A model generated the notes under the pieces. The model was given only the letters and a program-made list of their open reading frames with translations. It searched no databases and was not told where the DNA came from. The translations under genes were made by a program, and so were the position numbers. A DNA stretch of 64,000 nucleotides from Burkholderiaceae bacterium (GTDB lineage Bacteria; Pseudomonadota; Gammaproteobacteria; Burkholderiales; Burkholderiaceae_E): NCBI GenBank assembly GCA_023954045.1, contig JAMLIR010000023.1, positions 681 to 64,680 of the forward strand. Direction: 5' to 3'. Below are positions 38,642 to 49,209 of the stretch, one piece after another. Within the stretch, counting starts at the first letter, position 1. Each line of letters opens with the position of its first letter.

Positions 38642-38841
38642 CTCTCAGTATCCGGTAGGCGGGGCGCCCGCGCCATTGCGCTGGGTCAACGGCCCGGCAG
38701 GCCGCCGCCGCTCGCGCCCAGGGCATCCGAGGGGCCGCTCCAGCCGCGCGGTTGCATCTGCGTCCGAAAGGCGGACAATAACGCTTTTTACCAGATGCCC
38801 CGCCCCCTACCGACCGCGGCGGCACATCCGAACGGACCCAT

Positions 38842-40275
38842 TTGAGCACCACCTTCGATTCCTTCGGCCTGGCCGAACCCATCCTGCGAGCAGTCACCGA
38901 ACTCGGCTACAGGGAACCCACACCGATCCAGGCGCAGGCGATTCCGGTCGTCATGCAGGGCCGCGACGTCATGGGCGCCGCCCAGACCGGCACCGGCAAG
39001 ACCGCCGGCTTCGCGCTGCCGATCCTCCAGCGGCTGATGCCGGCGGCCAACACCAGTGCTTCGCCGGCGCGCCACCCGGTGCGCGCGCTGATCCTCGCGC
39101 CGACCCGCGAACTGGCCGACCAGATCTACGAGAACGTCCGCGAATACGCCAAGTACACCGGCCTGAAGTCGGCGGTGGTGTTCGGCGGCGTCGACATCAA
39201 GCCCCAGATCGCCGCGTTGCGCCAGGGCTGCGAGGTGCTGATCGCCACGCCCGGGCGCCTGCTCGACCACATGGGCCAGAAGACGGTCACGCTGGCGCAG
39301 GCCGAATTGCTGGTACTCGACGAAGCCGACCGGATGCTCGACATGGGCTTCCTGCCCGACATCCAGCGGATCATCCACGCGCTGCCGGCGCGGCGCCAGA
39401 ACCTGATGTTCTCGGCGACGTTCTCCGGCGAGATCCGCAAGCTGGCCGAGACCTTCCTGAACGATCCGGTGCTGATCGAGGTCGCGCGGCGCAACGCCAC
39501 GGCCGAGAACGTCGAGCAGCTGGTGTTCCGGGTGCCCGACCTCGAGGCCAAGCGCGCGGCGGTCGCCAAGCTGGTGCGCGAGCGGCAACTCTCGCAGGTG
39601 ATCGTGTTCACGAACACGAAGATCGGCGCCGGCCGGCTGGCGCGGCTCCTCGAGCGCGACGGGCTCAACGCCGCCGCGATCCACGGCGACAAGACGCAGC
39701 AGGAGCGGCTCGCCACGCTCGAGGCGTTCAAGAAGGGAGAGATCGTCGTGCTGGTCGCCACCGACGTGGCTGCTCGCGGGCTCGACATCGTGGAGCTGCC
39801 GGCGGTCATCAACTACGACCTGCCGTACAACGCCGAGGACTACGTGCACCGCATCGGCCGCACCGGGCGCGCCGGGGCGAGCGGCGTCGCGCTGTCGCTG
39901 ATGGTGGGCGGCGACGAGCGTCTCCTCGACGACATCGAGAAGCTGATCAAGCGCAAGCTGCCGGTCGAGCGGCTCGACGTCGGCCCGTCCGAGGCGCGGC
40001 CCCGCCGCGAGCGGCGTGAGCCGTCCGGCGAGCCGCGCGAACCGGCGCCCGAGGCCGGCGCGCCGCGGCGCCGGCGCCCGGCGGCCGATTCGCGCGCGCC
40101 GCGCGCTACCGGCTACTCGACCGACCCGTTCTTCTACAAGCCCTACGAGCCGCAGGCGGCCGAGCCGGCCGAAGCGACGGCCGGCGCCGAGGCGCCGTCG
40201 CGGCCTGCGGCCACGGCGCCGCGGAAGTCGAGCCGCCCGGTCGCGGCGCTGCTCGGCGGCGGCAGGAAGGGCTAG
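38842..40275 (+). CDS. rhlE: DEAD-box RNA helicase (RhlE-like)
   Basis: [29 protein letters not shown]. Confidence 0.92.
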   Translation: MSTTFDSFGLAEPILRAVTELGYREPTPIQAQAIPVVMQGRDVMGAAQTGTGKTAGFALPILQRLMPAANTSASPARHPVRALILAPTRELADQIYENVREYAKYTGLKSAVVFGGVDIKPQIAALRQGCEVLIATPGRLLDHMGQKTVTLAQAELLVLDEADRMLDMGFLPDIQRIIHALPARRQNLMFSATFSGEIRKLAETFLNDPVLIEVARRNATAENVEQLVFRVPDLEAKRAAVAKLVRERQLSQVIVFTNTKIGAGRLARLLERDGLNAAAIHGDKTQQERLATLEAFKKGEIVVLVATDVAARGLDIVELPAVINYDLPYNAEDYVHRIGRTGRAGASGVALSLMVGGDERLLDDIEKLIKRKLPVERLDVGPSEARPRRERREPSGEPREPAPEAGAPRRRRPAADSRAPRATGYSTDPFFYKPYEPQAAEPAEATAGAEAPSRPAATAPRKSSRPVAALLGGGRKG

Positions 40276-41168
40276 CCGCCGTCCATCCAGGGCGAGCGCG
40301 CCCACCGCGCGATCGCCTCGGGCCAGAAGGCGGCCGGGCCCTCGGCGCCGACCTCGCCCAGTCCCAGGAACGCCAGCGCTGCGTTCAGCGCCCGAACGCC
40401 CTCGTGCGGATCGATCGGGGCGGCGCCAGTCTGCTTCGAGAGCTTCTCGCCGTGCGCGTCGAGCACCACCGGCACGTGCAGGTAGCGCGGCGTCGGCAGG
40501 TCGAGCAGCCGCTGCAGGTGGACCTGGCGCGCGGTCGAATCGCGCAGGTCCTCGCCGCGCACCACGTCGGTGACGCCCTGCCAGGCGTCGTCGACGACCA
40601 CCGCGAGCTGGTACGCCCACAGGCCGTCGGCGCGGCGCACGACGAAGTCGCCCACCGATTCGTCGAGGCGCTCGGTCGAGGCGCCGGCGCGCCGGTCGCG
40701 CCACTCGATCGGCGCCGCATCGACGCGTACGCGCCAGGCACGGGCCTCGCGGCCTGCGGGCATACCGTGGCGGCAGGTTCCCGGATAGACGAGTTCGGCG
40801 TTGCGCGGGCGATCGAGCGCGCCGCGCAGCGCCGAATCGGCGACCTCGCGGCGCGTGCACGCGCAGGGGTAGACGTGTCCGGCAGCCAGCAGGCGATCGA
40901 ACGCGGCGCGGTACGCGGCATCGCGCGTGCTCTGGAAGACGATCTCGCCGTCGTGCGCGAAGCCGAGCCGCGCCAGCGCGTCGATGATCGCCGCGCTTGC
41001 GCCGCGCGCTTCGCGGGGCGGATCGAGGTCCTCGATCCGCAGCAGCCAGCGGCCCCGGTGCGCGCGCGCGTCGAGATGGCTCGCCAACGCGGCGACCAGC
41101 GAGCCCGCGTGCAGCGGACCGGTCGGCGACGGGGCGAAGCGGCCGACGTAGGGCTCGGGCCGGCTCAC
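40272..41168 (-). CDS. gluQ: Glutamyl-Q tRNA(Asp) synthetase
   Basis: [36 protein letters not shown]; no anticodon-binding domain. Confidence 0.93.
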   Translation of the reverse strand: MSRPEPYVGRFAPSPTGPLHAGSLVAALASHLDARAHRGRWLLRIEDLDPPREARGASAAIIDALARLGFAHDGEIVFQSTRDAAYRAAFDRLLAAGHVYPCACTRREVADSALRGALDRPRNAELVYPGTCRHGMPAGREARAWRVRVDAAPIEWRDRRAGASTERLDESVGDFVVRRADGLWAYQLAVVVDDAWQGVTDVVRGEDLRDSTARQVHLQRLLDLPTPRYLHVPVVLDAHGEKLSKQTGAAPIDPHEGVRALNAALAFLGLGEVGAEGPAAFWPEAIARWARSPWMDGG

Positions 41169-41180
41169 CGGACTGCGTCC

Positions 41181-42017
41181 TCAGCGCTGGGCCAGCCACG
41201 CCTCGAGGTCGGCGAGCACGGCGTCGCGCCCGGCCGGCGCCTCGTTCAGGATCTCGTGCCAGAGCGCCGGGTACTCGCGCGCGACCAGCAGCGATCGCGG
41301 GGCGCGCCGCGCGAACTCGCGGCTGCCCTCGGGGTCGACGAGTCGGTCGTCGCCGGCGTAGATGAGCAGCGTGGGCACCGCCAGCGTCGGCGCGCGATCG
41401 AGGGCCTCGCGCGCGCCGTCGACGATGAAGCGCGCCAGCCGCGCCGAGATGCGATCGTGCACCAGCGGGTCGTCGAGGTAGGCGCGCACCGCCGCGGGGT
41501 CGTGCGAGAGCTTCGTCGGATCCAGGCCGTTGTTCACCGCGACGTCGGGCGCGAGCCGCGACATCAACGCGAGCAGCGCCTTCTGGAACGCGCTCAGGCC
41601 GGGGGCGAGTGCCGGCGACGACAGCACCAGCCCGGCGACCCGCCCGGGATGCCTCAGCGCATAGGTGAGTGCGACCAGGCCGCCGAGGCTTTGGCCCATC
41701 AGCAGCGGCGGCGTGGCGGCGGGTGCGCGGAGCGCGTCGATCGCGGCGGCCAGGTCGTCGACGAGGTCGCCCGACGAGGCCACCTTGCCGCGCGCACCCT
41801 GCGAGCGGCCGTGGCCGCGGTGGTCGTAGCCGCACAGCGCCCATCCGCGCGCGCCGAACCACGCGCCGAGCGCCGCATAGCGTCCGACGTGCTCGCCCAG
41901 TCCGTGAACGACCACCACGGTGCGCGGCGGCTTCGCCGCGGGGGCAGGCGGGCGCCAGCACAGTCCGCGCAGCTCTATGCCGTCGGGCCGGGCGAGGGTG
42001 AGAGGTTCGGGAGTCAT
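41181..42017 (-). CDS. Monoacylglycerol lipase/lysophospholipase-type alpha/beta hydrolase
   Basis: HGLGEH, DHRGHGRS, GQSLGG, HEILNE. Confidence 0.9.
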   Translation of the reverse strand: MTPEPLTLARPDGIELRGLCWRPPAPAAKPPRTVVVVHGLGEHVGRYAALGAWFGARGWALCGYDHRGHGRSQGARGKVASSGDLVDDLAAAIDALRAPAATPPLLMGQSLGGLVALTYALRHPGRVAGLVLSSPALAPGLSAFQKALLALMSRLAPDVAVNNGLDPTKLSHDPAAVRAYLDDPLVHDRISARLARFIVDGAREALDRAPTLAVPTLLIYAGDDRLVDPEGSREFARRAPRSLLVAREYPALWHEILNEAPAGRDAVLADLEAWLAQR

Positions 42018-42042
42018 GACAGGTGCGGCAGGCAGGCGGGCC

Positions 42043-42945
42043 TCAGTGTAGCCCGGTTGCGGGCGCGGCCGGCGGCACCGCGCGGCGCGCCCGCAGCGTG
42101 TCGGCGACCAGCGCGGCCAGCACGACGAGGCCCCCCTGGATCGTCGCCGCGGGCATCGCCTCGCCGGCGCCCAGCCATGCCCAGATCGGGCCGAGCACGA
42201 CTTCGAGCAGGGCGATCAGGGCGACTTCGTGCGGGGCCAGGTGGCGCACTGCCCGGATCATCAGGAAGCACGGGATCGCGAGCTGCACCGTCCCCAGCAG
42301 CGCCAGCAGCGCGAGGTCGCGACCGCTCGCGTCGAACGGCCAGGCGAGCGGCGCGGTCGCCGCGCAGCACAGCAGCGCGCCGACCAGAACGGCCGGCGCG
42401 AGGTCGAGCTCGGCCTGAAGTCGCTTGAGCGTGACGATGTTGATGGCCGCCGCCACCGGCACCGCCAGCGCGATCGCCATCCCCGCGAGCCCCTCGGCGC
42501 TCACCCCCTCGTGGACCATCCAGCCGATGCCGAGGCCGGCCGTCACGATCGCGGCGCCGGTCATCGCCGACACGCGCGCACCGAGCACGACGCGGCCGAA
42601 GAGCGCCGCCAGCAGCGGCGAGACGCTCATCACCAGCAGCGTGTTGGCCACGCTGGTGCGCGTGAGGGCGAGCATGAAGCAGGTGAACATCACGCCCCAC
42701 ATCGCGCCCGAGAACAGGCCCGGCCAGCCCATCTCGCGCACCGGCGCGAACGGGTTGCCGCGCCGCTGCCAGCCGAGGATCGCCATCACGGCGAGCGCGC
42801 AGAACAGCCCGCGCCAGAACGTGACTTCGAACGCGTCGGCGCGCTCGAGGTGGCGCGTGACGACGCCCGCGACGCTCCAGAGCAGCGCGCACAACGCGAG
42901 CAGCAGCGCGGCGCGCCGGTGCGCGGCCTGAGGGGTCGGGAACAT
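42043..42945 (-). CDS. DMT/EamA-family transporter
   Basis: About 10 TM segments in two EamA repeats; LLEVVLGPIWAW. Confidence 0.88.
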   Translation of the reverse strand: MFPTPQAAHRRAALLLALCALLWSVAGVVTRHLERADAFEVTFWRGLFCALAVMAILGWQRRGNPFAPVREMGWPGLFSGAMWGVMFTCFMLALTRTSVANTLLVMSVSPLLAALFGRVVLGARVSAMTGAAIVTAGLGIGWMVHEGVSAEGLAGMAIALAVPVAAAINIVTLKRLQAELDLAPAVLVGALLCCAATAPLAWPFDASGRDLALLALLGTVQLAIPCFLMIRAVRHLAPHEVALIALLEVVLGPIWAWLGAGEAMPAATIQGGLVVLAALVADTLRARRAVPPAAPATGLH

Positions 42946-42977
42946 GGGTAGAATTTGCCGGTGAGATTCTACCCATG
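42943..42977. promoter_or_regulatory. Symmetric divergent promoter region
   Basis: CATGGGTAGAAT-N11-ATTCTACCCATG perfect 12-bp inverted repeat including both start codons. Confidence 0.6.
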
Positions 42978-45900
42978 AGCGCGCCCCGCTTCGTCCATCT
43001 TCGGGTTCACTCCGAGTATTCGGTCAGCGACTCGATCGTCCGCCTCGACTCGCTGATCGGCGCCGCGCTCGCCGACGGGCAGCCGGCGGTCGCGGTGACC
43101 GATCTCGCGAACCTGTTCGGCTGGGTCAAGTTCTACAAGGCGGCGCGCGGCCGCGGCCTGAAGCCGATCTGCGGCGTCGACGCCTGGTTCACCAACGACG
43201 GCGATCGCGATCGCCCAGTGCGCATGCTGCTGCTCGCGCGCAACCGGGCCGGCTACCTGCGGCTGTGCGAGCTGATCAGTCGCGCCTGGCTCGAGAACGA
43301 GTATCGCGGCCGCGGCGAGATGCGCGCCGAGTGGTTCGACGCGCCTGGCGCCGACGGCGCGCCGATGGGCGAGGGCCTGATCGCGCTGTCGGGCGCGCAG
43401 CACGGCGACGTCGGCCAGGCGCTGCTCGCCGGCAACGCCGAGGCCGCGAAGGAACTGGCGCAGGCGTGGGCGCGGCGCTTTCCCGGGGCCTACTTCGTCG
43501 AGGTCCAGCGCACGGGCCGCAACGACGCCGAGATGCAGACGCGGGCCGCGGCGCAGCTCGCGGCGCGCCTCGGGCTGCCGCTCGTCGCCACGCATCCGGT
43601 GCAGTTCATCGCCCGCGGCGACTACAGTGCGCACGAGGCCCGTGTGTGCATCGCCGACGGCGAGATCCTCGCCAACCCGCGGCGCGTGCGCCGGTTCACC
43701 GAAGAACAGTACTTCAAGTCGCAGGCCGAGATGGCCGATGCCTTCGCCGACCTGCCGTCCGCGCTCGCCAACAGCGTCGAGATCGCGCGGCGCTGCAACC
43801 TGTCGATGCAGCTCGGCAAGCCGCAACTGCCGCAGTTCCCCACGCCGCCCGGGATCACGCTGGACGACTACATGCGCGAGCTGGCGCGCGAGGGCCTCGC
43901 GAAGCGGATGGCGAAGCTCTTCCCCGAGGGCGACACGCCGCCCGAGGTGCTCGCCGCGCGCCGCGAGCAATACGGCAGGCGCCTCGAGTACGAGTGCGAC
44001 ACGATCGTTCAGATGGGCTTCTCGGGCTATTTCCTGATCGTCGCCGACTTCATCAACTGGGCCAAGAACAACGGCGTGCCGGTAGGGCCGGGGCGCGGCT
44101 CCGGCGCCGGCTCGCTGGTGGCGTTCGCGCTCGGCATCACCGACCTCGACCCGATCCCGTACGCGCTTCTGTTCGAGCGCTTCCTGAACCCCGAGCGCGT
44201 CTCGATGCCCGACTTCGACATCGACTTCTGCCAGGACCAGCGCTACCGGGTGATCGAGTACGTGCGCGGCCGCTACGGCGAGCAGGCGGTTTCGCAGATC
44301 GCCACGTTCGGCACGATGGCCTCGAAGGCGGTGATCCGCGACGTCGGCCGCGTGCTCGACATGGGCTACAACTTCTGCGACCAGCTCTCCAAGCTCGTCC
44401 CGGTGGCGCAGAACAAGCCGCTGTCGCTCGCGAAGGCGCGCGAGGCCGAGCCGCTGCTGGCCGAGCGCGAGAAGAAGGAGGACGAGGTGCGCGAGCTGCT
44501 CGCGCTGGCCGAGCCCCTCGAAGACCTGACGCGCAACGTCGGGATGCACGCCGGCGGCGTGCTGATCGCGCCGGGGCGGCTCACCGACTTCTGCCCGCTG
44601 TACAAGCAGCCCGGCGCCGAGGCAGGCGTGGTCAGCCAGTTCGACAAGGACGACGTCGAGGCGGTCGGGCTCGTGAAGTTCGACTTCCTCGGCCTGCGCA
44701 ACCTGACGATCATCGATCTCGCGGTCGCCTACGTCAACCGCCGCCATCCGCAGCTGAACCTCGACCTGCAGAAGCTGGGCTTCGACGACCCGAAGGCCTA
44801 CCAGGTGCTGAAGGACGCGAACACCACCGCGATCTTCCAGCTGGAGAGCGAGGGCATGAAGAAGCTGCTGAAGAAGCTCGCCCCCGACCGCTTCGAGGAC
44901 ATCATCGCGGTGCTCGCGCTCTACCGCCCCGGGCCGCTGGGCTCGGGGATGGTCGACGACTTCATCCTGCGCAAGAAGGGCCAGCAGAGAATCGACTACT
45001 TCCATCCGGACCTGCAGGCCTGCCTCGAACCCACCTACGGCGTCATCGTCTACCAGGAACAGGTGATGCAGATCGCGCAGATCGTCGGCGGGTACACGCT
45101 GGGCGGCGCCGACCTGCTGCGCCGCGCGATGGGCAAGAAGAAGCCCGAGGAGATGGCGCAGCACCGCGGCACCTTCGTCGACGGGGCGAAGGCCAAGGGC
45201 TACGCGGCCGAGCTGGCCAACAAGCTGTTCGACCTGATGGCGATGTTCGCCGAGTACGGGTTCAACAAGTCGCACACCGCGGCCTACGCGGTCGTCACCT
45301 ACCACACCGCCTGGCTGAAGGCCTGCTTCCCGGCCGAGTTCATGGCGGCGACGCTGTCGTCGGACATGGACGACACCGACAAGGTCAAGCTGTTCGTCGA
45401 CGATGCGCGCGCGAACCAGGTCGAGGTGCTGCCGCCGGACATCAATGCGTCGGGGTTTCGCTTCGAGCCGGTCGGCGATCGTGCGATCCGCTATGGCCTG
45501 GGCGCGGTCAAGGGGACCGGCGGGGCGGCGGTGGCCGACATCCTGCGCGCGCGCGCCGAGCGCCCGTTCGCCGACCTGTTCGATTTCTGCGCGCGCATCG
45601 ACCGCAAGCTCGTCAACCGCCGCGCGATCGAGGCGCTGGTTCGCGCGGGCGCGTTCGATGCGCTCGACCCCGACCGCGCCAGGCTGCTCGCGAACGTCGG
45701 GCGTGCGATCGACGCGGCCGATGCCGCCGGCGCGGCGATCGACCAGGCGAACCTGTTCGGCGACGAGGCGGGCGGATTGCCGAGCGCGCCCGAATGGATT
45801 GCCGCGCCCGCCTGGAGCGAGCGCCAGCGGCTGCAGGAGGAGAAGGCCGCGCTCGGCCTGTTCCTGAGCGGGCACCTGTTCGACGCGCACGAGGCCGAGG

Positions 45901-46457
45901 TGCGCAGCTTCGTGCGCACGCGGCTCGCCGACGTGCAGCCGGCGCAGCAGCCGGTGTGGATCGCCGGAATCGTCGCCGCGCAGCGACCCCAGATGACGCG
46001 CCGCGGCAAGATGGTCTTCGTCACGCTCGACGACGGCAGCGCGACGGTCGAGGTGTCGGTGTTCAACGAGCTCTACGAGGCGCAACGCCGGCTGATCCGC
46101 GACGACGAATTGCTGGTGGTGCTCGGCAAGGTGAGCCGCGACGACTACACCGGCGGCCAGCGCATCGTCGCCGAGCGGCTGCTCGACCTCGTCGGCGCGC
46201 GCCAGGAGTTCGGCAAGCGTCTGCGCATCCGCCTGAACGGCATTGCCGACGGCGGCGCGCTGCGCGGGGCGATCGCGCCGTTCGCGATCGGCGACCGCGA
46301 GGGCACGCCGGCGATCCCGGTGGTGGTCGAGTACGGCAACCGCGACGCCGCCTGCGCGATCGAGCTCGGGCCGCGCTGGCGCGTGCAGCCCCACGACGAC
46401 CTGATCGGCGCGATCCGCTCGGTGCTGCACCCGCTGGCCGCGGAGGTCGAGTATTGA
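42975..46457 (+). CDS. dnaE: DNA polymerase III alpha subunit
   Basis: FVHLRVHSEYS, GPGRGSGAGS, PDFDIDF, KFDFLGL, FNKSH; no intein-sized insertion. Confidence 0.98.
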   Translation: MSAPRFVHLRVHSEYSVSDSIVRLDSLIGAALADGQPAVAVTDLANLFGWVKFYKAARGRGLKPICGVDAWFTNDGDRDRPVRMLLLARNRAGYLRLCELISRAWLENEYRGRGEMRAEWFDAPGADGAPMGEGLIALSGAQHGDVGQALLAGNAEAAKELAQAWARRFPGAYFVEVQRTGRNDAEMQTRAAAQLAARLGLPLVATHPVQFIARGDYSAHEARVCIADGEILANPRRVRRFTEEQYFKSQAEMADAFADLPSALANSVEIARRCNLSMQLGKPQLPQFPTPPGITLDDYMRELAREGLAKRMAKLFPEGDTPPEVLAARREQYGRRLEYECDTIVQMGFSGYFLIVADFINWAKNNGVPVGPGRGSGAGSLVAFALGITDLDPIPYALLFERFLNPERVSMPDFDIDFCQDQRYRVIEYVRGRYGEQAVSQIATFGTMASKAVIRDVGRVLDMGYNFCDQLSKLVPVAQNKPLSLAKAREAEPLLAEREKKEDEVRELLALAEPLEDLTRNVGMHAGGVLIAPGRLTDFCPLYKQPGAEAGVVSQFDKDDVEAVGLVKFDFLGLRNLTIIDLAVAYVNRRHPQLNLDLQKLGFDDPKAYQVLKDANTTAIFQLESEGMKKLLKKLAPDRFEDIIAVLALYRPGPLGSGMVDDFILRKKGQQRIDYFHPDLQACLEPTYGVIVYQEQVMQIAQIVGGYTLGGADLLRRAMGKKKPEEMAQHRGTFVDGAKAKGYAAELANKLFDLMAMFAEYGFNKSHTAAYAVVTYHTAWLKACFPAEFMAATLSSDMDDTDKVKLFVDDARANQVEVLPPDINASGFRFEPVGDRAIRYGLGAVKGTGGAAVADILRARAERPFADLFDFCARIDRKLVNRRAIEALVRAGAFDALDPDRARLLANVGRAIDAADAAGAAIDQANLFGDEAGGLPSAPEWIAAPAWSERQRLQEEKAALGLFLSGHLFDAHEAEVRSFVRTRLADVQPAQQPVWIAGIVAAQRPQMTRRGKMVFVTLDDGSATVEVSVFNELYEAQRRLIRDDELLVVLGKVSRDDYTGGQRIVAERLLDLVGARQEFGKRLRIRLNGIADGGALRGAIAPFAIGDREGTPAIPVVVEYGNRDAACAIELGPRWRVQPHDDLIGAIRSVLHPLAAEVEY

Positions 46458-48226
46458 GCCCGCCGCCGAAGGGTGACAAGGGCTCGAAGTCGAGCTGGGC
46501 GATCTACCGGCGCCTGTTCGCCTACACCGGCCCGTACCGCGTCGGCTTCGCGGTCGCGCTGGTGGCGATGGTGATCGCCGCGGCCACCGAGCCGATGTTC
46601 CCGGCGCTGATGAAGCCGCTACTCGACCAGGGTTTCGTCGCGCGCTCGGGCTTCCCGCTCTGGTTCGTGCCGGTCGCCCTGGTGGGCATCTTCGTGCTGC
46701 GCGGCGTGGCCACGTTCACCAGCAGCTACGCGCTGTCGTGGGTCGCCAACCGGGTGCTGGTCGACCTCAGGCGCGAGATGTTCGCGCGCACGATGCGGCT
46801 CTCGTCGGCCGAATTCGAGCGCGAGGCCTCGGGGATGCTGATTTCGCGGATCGTCTTCGAGGTGACCAACGTGACCGCCGCGGTCACGCGCGCGCTCACC
46901 GTTCTGGTGCGCGACTCGCTGGTGATCGTCGGGCTGCTCGGCTGGCTCTTCTACCTCAACTGGAAGCTCACGCTGGTCGCGCTGGCGCTGATCCCGGTCG
47001 TCGCGCTGGTCGTCGCGCTGTACAGCCGGCGCATGCGCAGCCTGAGCCGTCGCAGCCTCGAATACACCGGCGAGCTGACGCGCGTGGTCGAGGAAGCGGT
47101 GCACGGCTACAAGGTCATCAAGATCTTCGGCGGATACGGCGAGCAGGCACGGCTGTTCGAGCGCACCAGCGAGAAATTGCGCGGCTTCGCGATGCGGATC
47201 ACCGTCGCCAGCAGCGCGACGGTCCCGATCACGCAGCTGTGCGCGGCGATCGCGGTGGCCATCGTCGTCACGATCGCGCTGCTCCAGTCGATGGACAACC
47301 AGACGACGGTCGGCGGCTTCGTGTCGTTCATCACCGCGATGCTGATGCTGCTCGCGCCGCTCAAGCACCTGGCCGACGTCAACGCGCAGCTGCAGCGCGG
47401 GCTGGCCGCCGCCGAGTCGGTGTTCGATCTGCTCGACAAGCCGGAGGAAATCGACCGGGGCGCGCGGCGGCTCGATCGCGCCCGCGGCGAGCTCGCGTTC
47501 GAGGGCGTGTCGTTCCGCTATCCCGGCGCGACGTCGGAGGCGCTGCGCGCGATCGACGTGCGGGTTCGCGCCGGCGAAGTGGTCGCGCTGGTCGGCGCCT
47601 CGGGCGCCGGCAAGACGACGCTGATGAACCTGCTGCCGCGCTTCATCGAGCCGACCGGGGGGCGGATCACGATCGACGGGATCGCGCTGCCCGAGCTGCG
47701 CCTTGCCGACCTGCGCCGCCAGTTCGCGCTGGTGAGCCAGGACGTCGTGCTGTTCAACGACAGCATCCGCGCCAACGTTGCCTTCGGCTCCGAGGACGAC
47801 GTCGACGACGTCCGGATCTGGGCGGCGCTCGAGGCGGCGATGCTCGACGCCGCGGTGCGCGCCCTTCCCGAGGGGCTCGACGCGTCGGTCGGAGAGCGCG
47901 GCACGCGCCTGTCTGGCGGGCAACGCCAGCGGCTGGCGCTCGCGCGAGCGATCGTCAAGGACGCGCCGATCCTGCTGCTCGACGAGGCGACCTCGGCGCT
48001 CGATTCGGAGACCGAGCGCGACGTGCAACTCGCGCTCGAGCGCACGATGCGCGGCCGCACCACGCTGGTGATCGCGCACCGGCTGTCGACGATCGAGCGT
48101 GCCGACCGGATCCTGGTGTTCGACCAGGGCCGCATCGTCGAGCAGGGCACGCACGCCGAGCTGCTCGCCGCCGATTCGCTGTACGCGCGCCTGTACCGGA
48201 TCCAGTACGGAAACCCCCAATCCTGA
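46454..48226 (+). CDS. msbA: Lipid A export ABC transporter
   Basis: TM domain + GASGAGKT, LSGGQRQR, LLLDEATS, IAHRLST; TTG start overlapping the dnaE stop. Confidence 0.88.
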   Translation: MSPPPKGDKGSKSSWAIYRRLFAYTGPYRVGFAVALVAMVIAAATEPMFPALMKPLLDQGFVARSGFPLWFVPVALVGIFVLRGVATFTSSYALSWVANRVLVDLRREMFARTMRLSSAEFEREASGMLISRIVFEVTNVTAAVTRALTVLVRDSLVIVGLLGWLFYLNWKLTLVALALIPVVALVVALYSRRMRSLSRRSLEYTGELTRVVEEAVHGYKVIKIFGGYGEQARLFERTSEKLRGFAMRITVASSATVPITQLCAAIAVAIVVTIALLQSMDNQTTVGGFVSFITAMLMLLAPLKHLADVNAQLQRGLAAAESVFDLLDKPEEIDRGARRLDRARGELAFEGVSFRYPGATSEALRAIDVRVRAGEVVALVGASGAGKTTLMNLLPRFIEPTGGRITIDGIALPELRLADLRRQFALVSQDVVLFNDSIRANVAFGSEDDVDDVRIWAALEAAMLDAAVRALPEGLDASVGERGTRLSGGQRQRLALARAIVKDAPILLLDEATSALDSETERDVQLALERTMRGRTTLVIAHRLSTIERADRILVFDQGRIVEQGTHAELLAADSLYARLYRIQYGNPQS

Positions 48227-48240
48227 AGGAGATCCCCGAG

Positions 48241-48825
48241 ATGGCACAGACCGCCGACCGCTACCCGGTGGCCACGCTGGACGAGCTGCCCGACGACATC
48301 CGCGAGCGCATCGTCGCGGTCCAGGAGAAATCGGGTTTCGTGCCGACGGTGTTCCTGAAGCTCGCGCGCCGCGCCGGCGAGTTCCGCGCGTTCTTCGCCT
48401 ACCACGACGCATTGATGCTGCGCGAGAACAGCCTCTCGAAGGGCGAGAAGGAGATGATCGTCGTCGCGACCAGCGGCGCCAATGGGTGCCTCTACTGCGT
48501 GGTCGCGCACGGCGCGATCCTGCGGATCTACGAGAAGAACCCGCTGATCGCCGACCAGCTCGCGACCAACTGGCGAAAGGCCGACCTGACGCCGCGCCAG
48601 CGTGCGATGATCGCGTTCGCGATGAAGGTTTCGCTGCGCTCCGACGAGATCGACGAAGACGACTTCGCCGAGCTGCACCGCCACGGCTTCAGCGACGAGG
48701 ACGCCTGGGACATCGGCGCGATCGCCGCCTTCTTCGCGCTGTCGAACCGGATGGCGAACCTGTCGAACATGATGCCGAACCCCGAGTTCTACCTGCTCGG
48801 CCGCGTGCCGAGGACCAAGTCCTGA
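48241..48825 (+). CDS. AhpD/CMD-like peroxidase-related enzyme
   Basis: NGCLYCVVAHGA (CxxC...H), LSNRMA, PNPEFY. Confidence 0.9.
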   Translation: MAQTADRYPVATLDELPDDIRERIVAVQEKSGFVPTVFLKLARRAGEFRAFFAYHDALMLRENSLSKGEKEMIVVATSGANGCLYCVVAHGAILRIYEKNPLIADQLATNWRKADLTPRQRAMIAFAMKVSLRSDEIDEDDFAELHRHGFSDEDAWDIGAIAAFFALSNRMANLSNMMPNPEFYLLGRVPRTKS

Positions 48826-48843
48826 GCGAGGAGGGCCCCGACG

Positions 48844-49200
48844 ATGGAACCGACCGTTGCCGACGAGAAACGCACGGCCGACGCGAAGCGGCTGGCGACG
48901 ATCTGCTATGCGCTGTATGCGGCGTCGTGCCTGGTGGGCATCACCGCGATCGCCGCGATCATCGTGAACTACCTGAAGCGCGACGACGTCGCCGGCACCT
49001 GGGTTGCGAGCCACTTCGAGTGGCAGATCAAGACGTTCTGGTACGGCCTGGCCGGCGCGATCGTCTCGTGGCTGCTGATGTTCGTGCTGATCGGGTTTCC
49101 GCTGCTGCTCGCGGTGGGCGTCTGGACGATCTACCGGGTCGTCAAGGGCTGGCTCGCGCTGGCCGACGACAAGCCGGTCGACGCTTCGAAGCTGTTCTGA
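48844..49200 (+). CDS. Small membrane protein (DUF4870-like)
   Basis: IIVNYLKR...SHFEWQIKTFW...YRVVKGW. Confidence 0.8.
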   Translation: MEPTVADEKRTADAKRLATICYALYAASCLVGITAIAAIIVNYLKRDDVAGTWVASHFEWQIKTFWYGLAGAIVSWLLMFVLIGFPLLLAVGVWTIYRVVKGWLALADDKPVDASKLF

Positions 49201-49209
49201 GGCCCTCGG

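Noticed and set aside
38752-38796. Hairpins upstream of rhlE (GTCCG/CGGAC inside CATCTG/CAGATG) as an RNA thermometer
   Set aside because: They overlap a plausible TTGCAT...GACAAT promoter, so they are probably not transcribed; stems are short.
38788-41961. 1057-aa minus-strand ORF across rhlE/gluQ/lipase
   Set aside because: Low-complexity shadow ORF overlapping three well-supported genes.
42969-46430. 1153-aa ORF antisense to dnaE
   Set aside because: It mirrors the dnaE frame; strong GC3 bias removes antisense stops; no recognisable motifs.
43265-46453. Apparent 1653-aa MsbA fusion in the ORF track
   Set aside because: The N-terminal ~1060 aa is an off-frame read of dnaE; MsbA begins at TTG 46454.
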